Shown: positions 9,036 to 19,113, counted from the first letter of the stretch. The stretch: DNA of 48,841 nt from Chthonomonadaceae bacterium (GCA_035650735.1 DASRGZ010000133.1:1-48841); one strand, 5' to 3'. The notes: a model not told the origin generated them from the sequence alone. Translations and numbers: made by a program.

Positions 9036-9374
9036 TCAGGGAAGGTAGTCCTGGCGGGCCGGGGTGAAGCAATCGAGCACGACGCTGGCCTCCAGTGCTA
9101 CGGCCTCATGCGCCACGTTCCCGAGGATGACGAAGCTCTCGCCCGTGCTTAACTCAAAGGGCGGCTCGTCGGCGATGGTGAAGCGGAGCCGCCCGAAGAC
9201 GACATAGACCAGTTGTTCGTGCGGGTGGGCGTGGCGCGGCAGCAGCGCTGCCGCCTCAAATTGGTGCTCCACCAGCATTATCTGCTCGCTATGCGCGAGC
9301 ACGCGCCGCTGCACGCCCGGCAAGACGGTCTCCAGCGGGCTATCCAGACGGCGGACAATACGCGAGCGGTTCAT
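9036..9374 (-). CDS. Cupin domain protein
   Basis: HAHPHEQ..YV..G and H...A......D.F.P.R.DYL cupin motifs. Confidence 0.85.
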   Translation of the reverse strand: MNRSRIVRRLDSPLETVLPGVQRRVLAHSEQIMLVEHQFEAAALLPRHAHPHEQLVYVVFGRLRFTIADEPPFELSTGESFVILGNVAHEAVALEASVVLDCFTPARQDYLP

Positions 9375-9396
9375 ATTACAATTTGAGGACTAACGT

Positions 9397-11475
9397 TTAA
9401 GGCGCACCGTTATCGGCGTCCGGCGCGTTGGTCTGCGCCGATTCGTCAGTCGGCTTCACGCTGGGCACGGCACGGCTAGCGTTCAGGCGGTGGCTGGCGG
9501 TGTTGAGCTCCCGGCGGGCGTCGGCGTGCGCGCCCTTCATCGTCTCTTCCGCATGGATGTCGTTATTGGCCACGTAGTCCCGGAACAGGCTGAGCGATTG
9601 CAGCAGAAACGCCGCTGCCTGCTGATAGTGCGCGTGTGTCCCATCCTGCCCCGCGCCCGGAGGCAGTTTATCCAGGTAGTCGCCGGCAGCTTCGGCCCGC
9701 AGGCGCATATCCGCCACCAGACGTATCAAATCCTCGCGCGTGCGCTTTCCGGTCAGCGCCGCCTGATAGGCCGCCTGTAGTTCATCCAGCAGATCGCTCA
9801 GGCGTCCCGTCATCAGGCGCATTAGCGCCACGTAATCTTCCTGATAGGTCTCCGTATCTGTCGGCGGTATCAGCGAGCGGGCCGTCTGTATCTCCGCCAG
9901 GCTCTCGGCGTAGCGCGCCGGGTCAGCGGCGGCGCTGCGGGCCAGGGCACGCGCCTTATGGCGGTGCGGCAGCGGGCTTTTGGGGTCGTTTTTGGCGGCG
10001 ACCTCGTAAGCGCGCATCGCCTCGCCGTACTGGTTGTCGGCCAACAGCGCATCGCCCAGCGCTACCTGCGTCAGCACATCGCCGGGATCGATCCGCGCGG
10101 CTTCCTGATAGGCTTTCAGCGCCCCCGCCGCATCCCCCTTAGCCAGCAGCGCATCGCCGGAGAGACGCCGCAGGCTGGCATCGTTGGGCGCCAGTTGCAG
10201 GGCACGGTTTACCTCCGCCAGAGCAGCATCGGGCAGTTGCCGGTCCTGATACGCCTGGATTAGTTGGCGGCGCAGGCCCATATCGCGCGGCCGCTCGTTG
10301 ATGGCGCGGCGAAGGGAGGTAATGAGGTTGGCAAGGTCGCCGCTCTGCCGGAAACGCAGCGCCAATGCCTCGTAATCTACCTTCGGGGCCGCAGACGCTC
10401 CGGCGTGATCCGGTGCCCCGTCGGGAGCCAGATCCGCCAGCGGCGGATTCCCGCCGGGCAGGGGACGGGCAGGCCCGACGTCCTGCGCCGCTGCTTTGCC
10501 GGGCTGGCTCGTGGCGGGTTTCTTGTTGGTGTCGGTCTTATCGCCCTTTGCGGCGGGCGGCGGGGTCGGGAGAGAAGGCTGGGTTGGCTCTGTGCCCTCG
10601 CTGCCGGGCTGCGCTGCCGTGTTGGATGGTTTGCTTTCCTTATCGTTCTTCGGAGAGGCCGAGTCGGGCGGCGTTTTCCCCTTCTGAGGCGCTTTGTTGA
10701 ACGTTTTAGACGGGCCGGCTGTATTATCTCCATTATTATTGCCGGTCGTTGCGGTAGGCGGCTGCGTCTCGGCCCGGCTTTTTTCGCCCTGGGAGGCGGC
10801 GCCGGCCCCAGTCTCCTCGATATGGAGATTTGCGGCCAGGCGCGCGGGCAGGTTCATGCGCATCGCGAAGGTATCCACCGTGAGGCGGATCATGTCTTCG
10901 CGTTTCAGCCGCCGCTTCCCGCTGGTTGCCGGGATGGCGATCTGTTCGCTGAAGAGGGTGCGCCATTCTCGCTGCCCCATGCTCTCCTGCAGCAGCGCGT
11001 CAGTCCGCAGGCCGTTCTTGTCGGCGTTAGCCAGGAACGAGAGGACAAAGTGGGCGCCCAGCGTGCGGCCTAGAAGCTGGAGCGTCTCCGGCTTCATCGG
11101 CTCGATGAGATCCGCGGTGGAGAGCGTCCCTTCCAGCAGAGCGCGCCGTACCGTCGGGTGCTTGGGCGCGTAGAGGACGACATGGAACCGCCCGGAATCG
11201 CGCAGCATCCCGCTCAAGGTCGTCAGGAGCTGGATGTTGGGGTCGTCACGGCGGACGGTCGCGGGCGCAGGGCGCTGCACCACGATCAGCACCGTCGGCA
11301 GTTCCGCCGCCTGCGTCGTGCCGGTTTGCGCCTGTAGCGGCGCGGCCTCCTGGGCCAACGTCCCCAGTTGCGGGCCGGCGATCAGCGCCAGCAGGATCGC
11401 CGCCAGCATCCCGACCGCGCGTGCAGGGTGTAGGGTGCAGGGTGTAGGGAGCAGGGCCCTCATTCGCTGCCGCAT
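9397..11475 (-). CDS. Secreted TPR-repeat protein with Pro/Thr/Lys-rich linker (true start may be ATG 11409)
   Basis: Hydrophobic signal MLAAILLALIAG; low-complexity linker; TPR motifs (ALAEVNRALQLAPND, ALKAYQEAARIDPGD). Confidence 0.75.
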   Translation of the reverse strand: MRQRMRALLPTPCTLHPARAVGMLAAILLALIAGPQLGTLAQEAAPLQAQTGTTQAAELPTVLIVVQRPAPATVRRDDPNIQLLTTLSGMLRDSGRFHVVLYAPKHPTVRRALLEGTLSTADLIEPMKPETLQLLGRTLGAHFVLSFLANADKNGLRTDALLQESMGQREWRTLFSEQIAIPATSGKRRLKREDMIRLTVDTFAMRMNLPARLAANLHIEETGAGAASQGEKSRAETQPPTATTGNNNGDNTAGPSKTFNKAPQKGKTPPDSASPKNDKESKPSNTAAQPGSEGTEPTQPSLPTPPPAAKGDKTDTNKKPATSQPGKAAAQDVGPARPLPGGNPPLADLAPDGAPDHAGASAAPKVDYEALALRFRQSGDLANLITSLRRAINERPRDMGLRRQLIQAYQDRQLPDAALAEVNRALQLAPNDASLRRLSGDALLAKGDAAGALKAYQEAARIDPGDVLTQVALGDALLADNQYGEAMRAYEVAAKNDPKSPLPHRHKARALARSAAADPARYAESLAEIQTARSLIPPTDTETYQEDYVALMRLMTGRLSDLLDELQAAYQAALTGKRTREDLIRLVADMRLRAEAAGDYLDKLPPGAGQDGTHAHYQQAAAFLLQSLSLFRDYVANNDIHAEETMKGAHADARRELNTASHRLNASRAVPSVKPTDESAQTNAPDADNGAP

Positions 11476-12839
11476 AGCTTGATCCCTCTCTCGCAGACCC
11501 GGATGCCGTCGCGCGCCCGGTCTGTCCGCCGCCCGCCGTCTATCAATTTCTGATACTCGTTGATGGCGCTCTGGTAGTTGGCGATGGCAGAATGCTTGTC
11601 GCCCTTCTGCTGATAGCAGACTGCGATCTGCTGGTAGATCAGGCCGCTATCGTCTCCCGCCGTCGGCAGCGCTCGGCGATAGGCGTCAATGGCGGCGTTG
11701 TAGTTGCCTTTGAGCTTGAGGTCGGCGGCCATCGCCATCAGGGAGTGGGACTCCCCGCTGACGGGCCGGGTTGCGCCCCCGTCATTTCCGGCTGGCCCCT
11801 GGCTGATTTTGATGACTGGTGGCGGATTGTTCTCGCCCTCCTTCGCGCTGCTACCTTTGGCGGGGCCGGTCGCCGCCGCATCCGTGCCGCCCCGGCCCTT
11901 GCTGCCCTCATCGGTGACGCGAATGATGTAAGGCTGGCTATCGTCCGCTCCCCCCTCGCCCGGCAGCAGAATATGCGCTCCTCCCCGGCTCGCTCCGGTC
12001 GGACGGGAAACGGGATTAGCGTGGATAGCGGCCAGGTGTCGGATGCCCAATGCCGGGCGCGGCGCCTCCGCAGTCTCGCGCTGGGCACGGCCGGAAACCC
12101 GCGTCGGCGCCAGGAGCGGAGAGGCATAGTAGGGCGGGGGGAAGTAGTAGGCCAGAGAGTTAGGCGCGTTGGCCTCCGCCTTCTCCGCTGCGGCGGGCGG
12201 CTTACTAGAGGTATCGTTTTTCCCGTCGCTCTGGGCAACGCCGACAGCCGGGTTAGCATTGGCGGCAGGAACGACGGGCGCCGGGCTTATCCTGACCACA
12301 GTAGGATGGGAGCGGCCCAGCAGCGCATACAGGCCGCCGAGCGCTATCGCCAGCGCCGCCACACCCACCATCGCGCTCCAATGCGGGCCGATGGGGCCGC
12401 GCCGGCTGTCCAGCAGTGCCACGTTCGGCGAGACGATCTGATGGCGGGCGGGCGCCCTGCCGTCGCGCAGCTCGTCGAGTTTGACGCGATCAGCGATGCT
12501 GCCAGGATTAAGGCGCAGCACCGCTTCTAATTCACGGATGGCGTCCTCACGCAGCCCGCTCTGCTCAAAGAGCCGGGCCAGCAGCGAATGCGCGGAGGTG
12601 CTTTCCGGGCGCAGGCGCAGCGCCTCTTCGCAGAGCGCGATGGCTGCCGCCATGTCGCCTCCAGAGCGCGCCCGATAGGCGCGCTCCAGCAGTGCGCTTA
12701 CCTGCTCGTCCTCCGGCAGGGCGCGCTCGTAGTCCTCCTCGCGAATTTTGGGGGAAACAGCCTTTTCCAGCTTCTGACCGCACTCGCGGCAGTAGTTGCT
12801 GTCGGCCTGGTTCCGGGTACCACACGCAGTACAGTACAT
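11460..12839 (-). CDS. Zinc-ribbon + TPR membrane protein
   Basis: CTACG...YCRECG N-terminus, TPRs, one TM segment, C-terminal TPRs. Confidence 0.8.
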   Translation of the reverse strand: MYCTACGTRNQADSNYCRECGQKLEKAVSPKIREEDYERALPEDEQVSALLERAYRARSGGDMAAAIALCEEALRLRPESTSAHSLLARLFEQSGLREDAIRELEAVLRLNPGSIADRVKLDELRDGRAPARHQIVSPNVALLDSRRGPIGPHWSAMVGVAALAIALGGLYALLGRSHPTVVRISPAPVVPAANANPAVGVAQSDGKNDTSSKPPAAAEKAEANAPNSLAYYFPPPYYASPLLAPTRVSGRAQRETAEAPRPALGIRHLAAIHANPVSRPTGASRGGAHILLPGEGGADDSQPYIIRVTDEGSKGRGGTDAAATGPAKGSSAKEGENNPPPVIKISQGPAGNDGGATRPVSGESHSLMAMAADLKLKGNYNAAIDAYRRALPTAGDDSGLIYQQIAVCYQQKGDKHSAIANYQSAINEYQKLIDGGRRTDRARDGIRVCERGIKLCGSE

Positions 12840-13008
12840 GGTTTATCACCTATTTTGAGTTACGCACTATGCGTCCCGCAAGAGGCAACAATGGACGGAG
12901 ACGGGGCGCAGTTGGGTGGAGTCGGGCCGGCAGAGTAGAAGCGGCGAGGCTTATCCCCGGCGCGGCGCACGCAGGAAGGCGGAACAGAAGCAGCCAAAAC
13001 ATCGCTCT

Positions 13009-13037
13009 ATTATAGAGGAAAGCGCCGCTTTTGGCAA
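13009..13037 (-). promoter_or_regulatory. Sigma70-type promoter for the zinc-ribbon/TPR operon
   Basis: Minus strand TTGCCA-17-TATAAT. Confidence 0.65.
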
Positions 13038-13066
13038 GCAAAACCTTAAGAGCGGGCCGGAAGCAA

Positions 13067-13095
13067 TTGACAAAATTGCCCCTGGCGACTATAAT
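13067..13095 (+). promoter_or_regulatory. Consensus sigma70 promoter (divergent partner)
   Basis: TTGACA-17-TATAAT, perfect consensus. Confidence 0.75.
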
Positions 13096-13201
13096 GACGC
13101 TGGGTGAGTCGGCAGAAAGTTCGCTCCTGCCTCGCCTCTGTTTGCCGATTGCAATGAAATAAAACGATACAACCGTTGTGCGTTTTCGTTACGTATAGGT
13201 A

Positions 13202-13304
13202 ACTCAAGTTGCTACCTTGCCTCTTCGAGAAGGCAAACGGTGATGCAAAAGCCGGTTTCCAGAGCGATTCTCTCTCAAACGTGTTCCTAGGTAGCAACTT
13301 GGGT
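13202..13304 (+). mobile_element. 103-bp MITE-like element, copy 1
   Basis: Terminal IR ACTCAAGTTGCTACCT / AGGTAGCAACTTGGGT; flanked by direct repeat TAGGTA (13196-13201, 13305-13310); identical to reverse complement of 21221-21323. Confidence 0.9.
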
Positions 13305-13445
13305 TAGGTAGTTATCTGGCGAGTGAGTTGAGCGCCCTCTTCCCGGCGCCGCCTTCTACCTGCCGCATTATCTATACCGCACCGCCGGCCGCTCCCCTGG
13401 CCCCGTCGTCAGCGGCCTGGCCCCTGTGCGGAGAGAAAGTTCAGA

Positions 13446-15158
13446 GTGTCTATGTCCTCTACGGTGCCTGACGTGCAGAAAATCGTCGTCAGCCTCTCCA
13501 CCCCGGAAGTCGTCATCGAGCCCGGCAGCGTCGCCCAACTGGTGGTCACGATGACCAACCAGCAGGAGACGCCCGACCGCCTCTCGCTGGAGGTTGAGGG
13601 CGTGGATGTGGAGTGGTATGCCATCCCCGTTCCCGCCGTCAACGTCGCTCCGGGCACCCATGCCAGCGAGCGCATCCTGTTCAAGATAGCCCGCAGCAGC
13701 GAGAATCGGGCCGGCACCTATCCGTTCCTGGTGCGCGTACAGGCGATGGAGACCGGCGAGATCGGGGTGGCGCAGGCGACGCTAGTGGTCAAGCCCTTCA
13801 GCGCGCTGCAAGTCGAGCTCAACCCCAAGCGGGCCGTGGCGACCTTCTTCCACCCGCTGCAAGACTTCGACGTCGCCGTCTCCAATCTGGGCAACGTGGA
13901 CGAAACGCTGGATCTCTATGCCAGCGACCCGGAGGACGGCTGCGCCTACGAGTTCGATACGGACCGCATCACGCTCAAGCCGGGGCAGTCCCAGGTGGTG
14001 CCGCTGGCCGCCCGTCCCCGCACGATGACGCTGCTGGGGGGGATGCGCCTGTATGGGTTTACGGTCTCGGCGCGCTCGGTGGAGGATAGCTATGTCTCCG
14101 CCAACGCGCACGGCCAGATCGAGCGGCATGCGCTGATCTCGCCGCTGCTTGGCATCTTCCTGCTGCTGCTGGGCTTTGGCGGCCTGGGCTGGTGGATCTT
14201 CCACCCGCGCCCGCTGCCGCCTGTCGCCATCAATGAGTTTAAGGTCTCGGATACCCACGTCAAATACGGGCAGGACGTGACCCTGACCTGGGACGTCTCG
14301 CCCTACGCCCGCCAGATTATCCTGTTCAAGAGCGGCAAAAACGGGGTCAATGTCGCCGTGCCGCCCGGAGAGCAGCGCAGCCCGGTCAATAGTCTCCAGG
14401 ACAAGCCGGAGTACTGGCCGCAGACGACCTACACGCTGGTGGTGCGCGGGGATGGCGATAAGCGCAACGAGGTTTCTCGGAAGGTGACGGTCACGGTGGA
14501 ACCGCCGCCGCGCCCCAAGCCGCCGCGCATCGAATTCTTTAGCGCCGACCCGTCGGTGGTGCATCAGGGGGAGCCGGTCATGCTCTCCTGGAAGGCGAGC
14601 AATAGTTCTGAATTTATTCTCGATCCAGGCAGCATCCGCCTGAGCCAGTACGAGCAGACGCATCAGGTGACCCCGGATCAGGATACCACCTACACGCTGC
14701 GCGCCCTGGGCCAGAACGAGCAGACGGCCCCGGCGCATAAGACGATCTCGGTGCATGTCGTCTCCAAGGATACCCCGCTGGCTAAAATCACGCGGTTTGT
14801 GGCGTCCCCGGAAACCATCTATATCGGAGATCGATTCCGGCTCAGGTGGAAGGTGCGATCTGCTAGGGGCATCCGCATCACCAGCGATAAGGGGGAGACT
14901 ATCGGCACGGATCTGCCCGCTTCCGGCAGCCTGGAGGTCCCGAATCCGATCAGCGATCCCACCACGTACACGCTGACGGCGACCGACAGCCTGGGCAACC
15001 CCACTACGCAGGCCATCACCGTCACGCCCAAGCCCAAGCCTGAGCCGCCGCCACAGCCGGAGACGCCGCCCTCGGAGACGCCCAACGGCGCCGCGCCCGC
15101 GCCCGACCAGGGCGGGCAGACCGGGCAGCCTGCTCCCACCACGCCCACCAGGCCCTGA
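13446..15158 (+). CDS. Membrane-anchored protein with N-terminal COG1470-like beta-sandwich repeats and C-terminal Ig-like repeats
   Basis: 570 aa; TM LLGIFLLLLGFGGLGWWIF; repeated 'I..F.A.P.....G..V.L.W' and 'TTYTL.A' units; Pro-rich tail. Confidence 0.7.
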   Translation: MSMSSTVPDVQKIVVSLSTPEVVIEPGSVAQLVVTMTNQQETPDRLSLEVEGVDVEWYAIPVPAVNVAPGTHASERILFKIARSSENRAGTYPFLVRVQAMETGEIGVAQATLVVKPFSALQVELNPKRAVATFFHPLQDFDVAVSNLGNVDETLDLYASDPEDGCAYEFDTDRITLKPGQSQVVPLAARPRTMTLLGGMRLYGFTVSARSVEDSYVSANAHGQIERHALISPLLGIFLLLLGFGGLGWWIFHPRPLPPVAINEFKVSDTHVKYGQDVTLTWDVSPYARQIILFKSGKNGVNVAVPPGEQRSPVNSLQDKPEYWPQTTYTLVVRGDGDKRNEVSRKVTVTVEPPPRPKPPRIEFFSADPSVVHQGEPVMLSWKASNSSEFILDPGSIRLSQYEQTHQVTPDQDTTYTLRALGQNEQTAPAHKTISVHVVSKDTPLAKITRFVASPETIYIGDRFRLRWKVRSARGIRITSDKGETIGTDLPASGSLEVPNPISDPTTYTLTATDSLGNPTTQAITVTPKPKPEPPPQPETPPSETPNGAAPAPDQGGQTGQPAPTTPTRP

Positions 15159-15258
15159 GACCTTCTGGCAGCCACCCCTCAAGGGCCGGGCCGATTCATG
15201 ACCCGGCTTGCAACATGGAAGACACCTTTTGTATCCCACCGGAGGAGAAAGCCTCTCG

Positions 15259-16617
15259 ATGACCATACCCCCTGCCGACACACCCTCGCCTGAAACCCGT
15301 CTGGCTGTCGCCGAACCGCCTAAGCCGCTGGATGGCTTTGCGCCGGAGGAGTTCCAGGCACGCCGCAAGGCGCTGCGCGCCGCCTGCCCCGACGGGCTGA
15401 TCCTGATACGCGGCACCACGGAGGACGAGGTTTCCGCTTCCGCCGCCACCTATCGCCAGAATAGCGCCTTCTTCTATCTGACCGGCGTGGACACGCCCGG
15501 TGCCTACCTCGTGCTGCTGCCGGAGAGCGTGCCGGCCAACGCCGGGATGCGCGACCTCGCGCCCGACCTGCGTGAGATCCTCTTTCTGCCGGCCCGCAAC
15601 CCCTCGGGAGAGACCTGGACGGGCCCCAAACTCGGCCCCGGCGAAGAGACGGAGAAGCTGACGGGCATCCCCAAAGTGGCGGAGGCGGGCGGACTCTGGA
15701 ACGCGCTGACGGGCTGGCTGCGCCGCAATCCCCTCCTCTACACGCTGACGCCCTACGGCGAGCGGGCCAAACTGACGCGCGAGTACGCCCTGATGCAGAA
15801 AATTGCCGACGTGGCCCCCGCCGTTCAGTTCCGGGACTGTTCGCTGGCGTTAGGGCAACAGCGCGTGGTTAAATCCCCTACCGAACTGGAGCGGATACGC
15901 CAGGCCATCGCCATCACTGCAGAGGGGCAGCGGGCAGCGCGGGCCTTCATCGCGGCAGGCGCGGGGAAGTGGGAATATGAGGCGGAGGCGCGCGTTTTCG
16001 AGGCGTTCCGCAGCCGGGGCGCGACCCTGGCGTTCGCCTCTATCGTCGGCGCAGGACAGCGCGGCACGGTGCTGCACTACGAGCACAATCAAGAGCAGAT
16101 GCAGGATGGGGAGCTGGTAGTCGTGGATATTGGCGCGCGCTGGGGCCACTACTGCGGCGATCTGACCCGCACCTATCCGGTCGGCGGCGTCTTCTCCTCC
16201 CGACAGCGCGAAATCTACTCCCTGGTGCGGGAGGCGCACGAGCGGGCTGTCGCCGGATATCGGCCTGGCGAGGACACGCTCAAGAGCCTGAGCGACCGCT
16301 GCAAGGAGTTCCTGAAGAACTCGCCACTACGCGCCAAAGATGCCGACGGCGCGGAACAGACCATGGATGTCTTCATGCCCCATAGCCTGAGCCACTATCT
16401 TGGTCTGGATGTACATGATGTCGGCGATCCCCTGCCGCCCATCCCCCCCGGCAGCGTCATCACCGTCGAGCCGGGCATCTATATTCCTTCGGAGGGTATC
16501 GGCGTCCGCATCGAGGACGACTATCTGGTCACGCCTGCTGGCCTGGAGCGACTCGGCCCACCGCTGGAAACGGATCCAGATGCCATTGAAGCCGCCATGC
16601 GCCGGACAGAACTCTAG
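15259..16617 (+). CDS. pepP: Xaa-Pro aminopeptidase (M24B)
   Basis: YRQNSAFFYLTG, LHY, VDIGA, GDLTRTYP, HSLSHYLGLDVHD, TVEPGIY, GVRIEDD; GGAGG RBS. Confidence 0.9.
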   Translation: MTIPPADTPSPETRLAVAEPPKPLDGFAPEEFQARRKALRAACPDGLILIRGTTEDEVSASAATYRQNSAFFYLTGVDTPGAYLVLLPESVPANAGMRDLAPDLREILFLPARNPSGETWTGPKLGPGEETEKLTGIPKVAEAGGLWNALTGWLRRNPLLYTLTPYGERAKLTREYALMQKIADVAPAVQFRDCSLALGQQRVVKSPTELERIRQAIAITAEGQRAARAFIAAGAGKWEYEAEARVFEAFRSRGATLAFASIVGAGQRGTVLHYEHNQEQMQDGELVVVDIGARWGHYCGDLTRTYPVGGVFSSRQREIYSLVREAHERAVAGYRPGEDTLKSLSDRCKEFLKNSPLRAKDADGAEQTMDVFMPHSLSHYLGLDVHDVGDPLPPIPPGSVITVEPGIYIPSEGIGVRIEDDYLVTPAGLERLGPPLETDPDAIEAAMRRTEL

Positions 16618-16712
16618 TAGTCCATCCAGGTAGAACGTTGGCATAGCCTTGAGATAGACGGAATGCTAGGCTTATCTCATTACCCATACAAACTTTCTAC
16701 CTGGATGGACTA
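16618..16712. mobile_element. 95-bp MITE-like element inserted at the pepP stop codon
   Basis: Perfect 18-bp IR TAGTCCATCCAGGTAGAA / TTCTACCTGGATGGACTA flanked by CTAG on both sides (16614-16617, 16713-16716). Confidence 0.8.
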
Positions 16713-16746
16713 CTAGAGCACCGAGGGTTGAAAACCTCCGATCCGT

Positions 16747-17002
16747 GCCGGGCACGGAAAGTACCCGGCTCAGGGGCGGCGTTGCCGCCAACCGTCCTTC
16801 GGACGGGAAAACGGGCCTATCGGCAGGTGGCTGCCTTCGTAGAGCGGGAAGAACCTGCCGCTACGGAGCGTCCGCCAGTCGCAAGGCAGAGGCGCGAGTA
16901 TCGCCAGGCGGAGATCGCCAGGCAGAGCCGCGAACCGTTGAGCGGCGTCCCTTGCAGTCGCTTGGCCGTAGGCCCTAGAGCCGGGTACTTTCCGTGCCCG
17001 GC
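16747..17002. repeat. REP doublet (REPIN-like) with internal repeat modules
   Basis: Perfect 25-bp IR GCCGGGCACGGAAAGTACCCGGCTC (16747-16771) / 16978-17002; internal 16906-16960 matches 48733-48787 at 54/55. Confidence 0.8.
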
Positions 17003-17036
17003 TAGGGCAGGGTGCGACTTTTCATGGGTTTCCCTC

Positions 17037-17978
17037 TTAGCTTGTCAACGGGCGAATCGTGTTGAGAGTTTCTTCGCCTGTCTCTGCGCTTGCTGTAGAA
17101 AGAGAAGGTGCGTGCGGTGGCTCTTCCAGGGCCCCTTGCGGCGTGCTGGCGCGAAGGAGCTGCTCCGGCGCGGTGCTGGAAACGCCGCCCTCCGCAGGAC
17201 GCAGCAGCACATCGGGCGGCGTTTCGGCAGCGTCCGCAGCCCGTAAGAGCGTTTGAGATGCGCGCTGCTGCGCGACTAGCTTTTCCAGGTAAGGCAGGCA
17301 CTCCTGCGCTGCCGTGCGGATAGAGGCATCCTTCGCAGCCCGGCCTTCGCCCGCTGCCAGTTTTTGCACGAAGGGCAGCGCCTTCTCATCGCCGACCTGT
17401 TCATAGGCTTTCAATATGGCCTTGGCGAGCGCGCCATTTTTGCCCTTTAAGGCGCGGTTCAGGCAGGCGCGCTGCTCCTCATTTAACAGGGACGCATCCG
17501 AGGCTTGCAGGCGAGGAAGCAGCTTGATTAGCGCGTCCTCGGCAACAGCACGGATGTTTTTATCCCCAAACTCTAACGCTTCTGCCAGAGGCCCGACCAC
17601 GCGGATGTCCTCGAACTCTGCCAGCTTTTTCGCGGCATTCCTCTGTGCCTGTGAGACTGCAAACGCCGCTCCAATCAGTCCGCTCATGCTGCCTATCGAG
17701 TTAAACAGGGCCGGATCGAGCTTTCCCTCAAAAATTATCGCCATACCAAGTACGAACACGATATAGCAGACAATGATGGTAACGAAGATTCGCCGCCTCT
17801 TCTTGCGCTTAGCAGCCTCTTGCTTGACCAGGGCGAGAAGCGAGTCGAGGGCTTCCGGCCCCAACTGGGCAAGCCGGGCCTCCGCCTCCAGGCGTTCGCG
17901 TTCCTTCTTGCTGCTTAACTTTTCTACCACTTTAGCATCCAGTTGTGGCGTATTTTGTTCGTGCGGCTGTGGCTGCAT
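17037..17978 (-). CDS. HEAT-repeat membrane protein
   Basis: Two TM segments, HEAT-like 'DIRVVGPLAEAL', 'VGDEKALPFVQKLA'; C-terminal repeated LLR(A/P)(A/S). Confidence 0.7.
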   Translation of the reverse strand: MQPQPHEQNTPQLDAKVVEKLSSKKERERLEAEARLAQLGPEALDSLLALVKQEAAKRKKRRRIFVTIIVCYIVFVLGMAIIFEGKLDPALFNSIGSMSGLIGAAFAVSQAQRNAAKKLAEFEDIRVVGPLAEALEFGDKNIRAVAEDALIKLLPRLQASDASLLNEEQRACLNRALKGKNGALAKAILKAYEQVGDEKALPFVQKLAAGEGRAAKDASIRTAAQECLPYLEKLVAQQRASQTLLRAADAAETPPDVLLRPAEGGVSSTAPEQLLRASTPQGALEEPPHAPSLSTASAETGEETLNTIRPLTS

Positions 17979-17981
17979 CCT

Positions 17982-19103
17982 CTACTCCATTTCATTTGTG
18001 ACGGTAAAGGGTAGACGGAAGCGCTGGAGGATTTCCTTTGCCAATTCGGTTGCGCGCTGCTTCTTGGCCTCGCTTTCTGCCCTACCGGTGAGATGAACGA
18101 CGTCTCCTTTCACGGACGCATCTATGTAATTGAGCGCACTGGCTTCATTGTCGGAGAAACCCTCATCCGAAAAAACGATGTGGTGGGTGACAAAAGCACT
18201 GATAGCGCCGTTTGTATCAGGAACATCGATCCCTTGCAGAACGCTCGTGGCTCCTTCCGCCGCCGCGCCATTCGGTGTGTAACCCTTGATAGGCGATGCA
18301 AAGGATGCAAACGGTGATGCAAAGCGGTAGAGAGGCAGCTGTATGGGCACGACATTGGCGGAGGGCAGCCAGGCGGGACGGTTGGAGAACACGGTCGCCT
18401 GCTGGTTATTGCTGGATTGTAGCGCTTGATCCGCCCTGGCCCACGCGCGGACAGAGAGCAGGTCTTCTGATTTGACGATAGTCCATTCGTTATTGAACAT
18501 GCCGCTGCGCCGCCCTCTCTCGCCCATATCCGGACGTGTATCTACGAAAACGAAAACTTTATCCGGCGTGGTATCGCCGGAAGCTAAATTGATGAGCATC
18601 GCAGAGTCGATATGCACAGGAACATTGTCGGGAACGAGGGCAAGGGGTTGAATGGGCAGTGTCGCAGGATGAAGCGCCCGATGCAGCGCGCGCAACTGGA
18701 TCAACAAGCCCGCGAATACGCCTGCTATCAGGAGGCACACCAGGGATAGTACCAGCCCTCCCATGAACAGGGCCCGGCGATAGTGGCGCAGTTTGCGCTC
18801 CTGTTCCTTTTTGGCGGCGCGTTCGGCGCGAATGGCCTCTACTTCGGGACACAGCTCTTCGGGCGTGACGTTTAAGCCAAGCTGTTCAATCGCTTCTTCC
18901 AGGGGCAGGGTCTTCTCGCGCCAGGTATGTTCCGCGTCACGCTTGCTTTCCAGAGACGCTGCGGCCAGCGCCAACTCCTCCGGAGTGACGCGCATCGGTT
19001 CGTGCTTCGCATCGGCAGAAACAGAAGGGTTCGCAGGCGCGGAATCGGTACTTGGTGTTACATCTAATCCCCGTTGGATCACATCTAATCCCCGTTGGAT
19101 CAT
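17982..19103 (-). CDS. Membrane protein with C-terminal BON domain
   Basis: One TM segment; IDASVKGDVVHLTGRAESEAKKQRATELAK...VTNEM resembles BON. Confidence 0.65.
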   Translation of the reverse strand: MIQRGLDVIQRGLDVTPSTDSAPANPSVSADAKHEPMRVTPEELALAAASLESKRDAEHTWREKTLPLEEAIEQLGLNVTPEELCPEVEAIRAERAAKKEQERKLRHYRRALFMGGLVLSLVCLLIAGVFAGLLIQLRALHRALHPATLPIQPLALVPDNVPVHIDSAMLINLASGDTTPDKVFVFVDTRPDMGERGRRSGMFNNEWTIVKSEDLLSVRAWARADQALQSSNNQQATVFSNRPAWLPSANVVPIQLPLYRFASPFASFASPIKGYTPNGAAAEGATSVLQGIDVPDTNGAISAFVTHHIVFSDEGFSDNEASALNYIDASVKGDVVHLTGRAESEAKKQRATELAKEILQRFRLPFTVTNEME

Positions 19104-19113
19104 GCCCGTTCTC

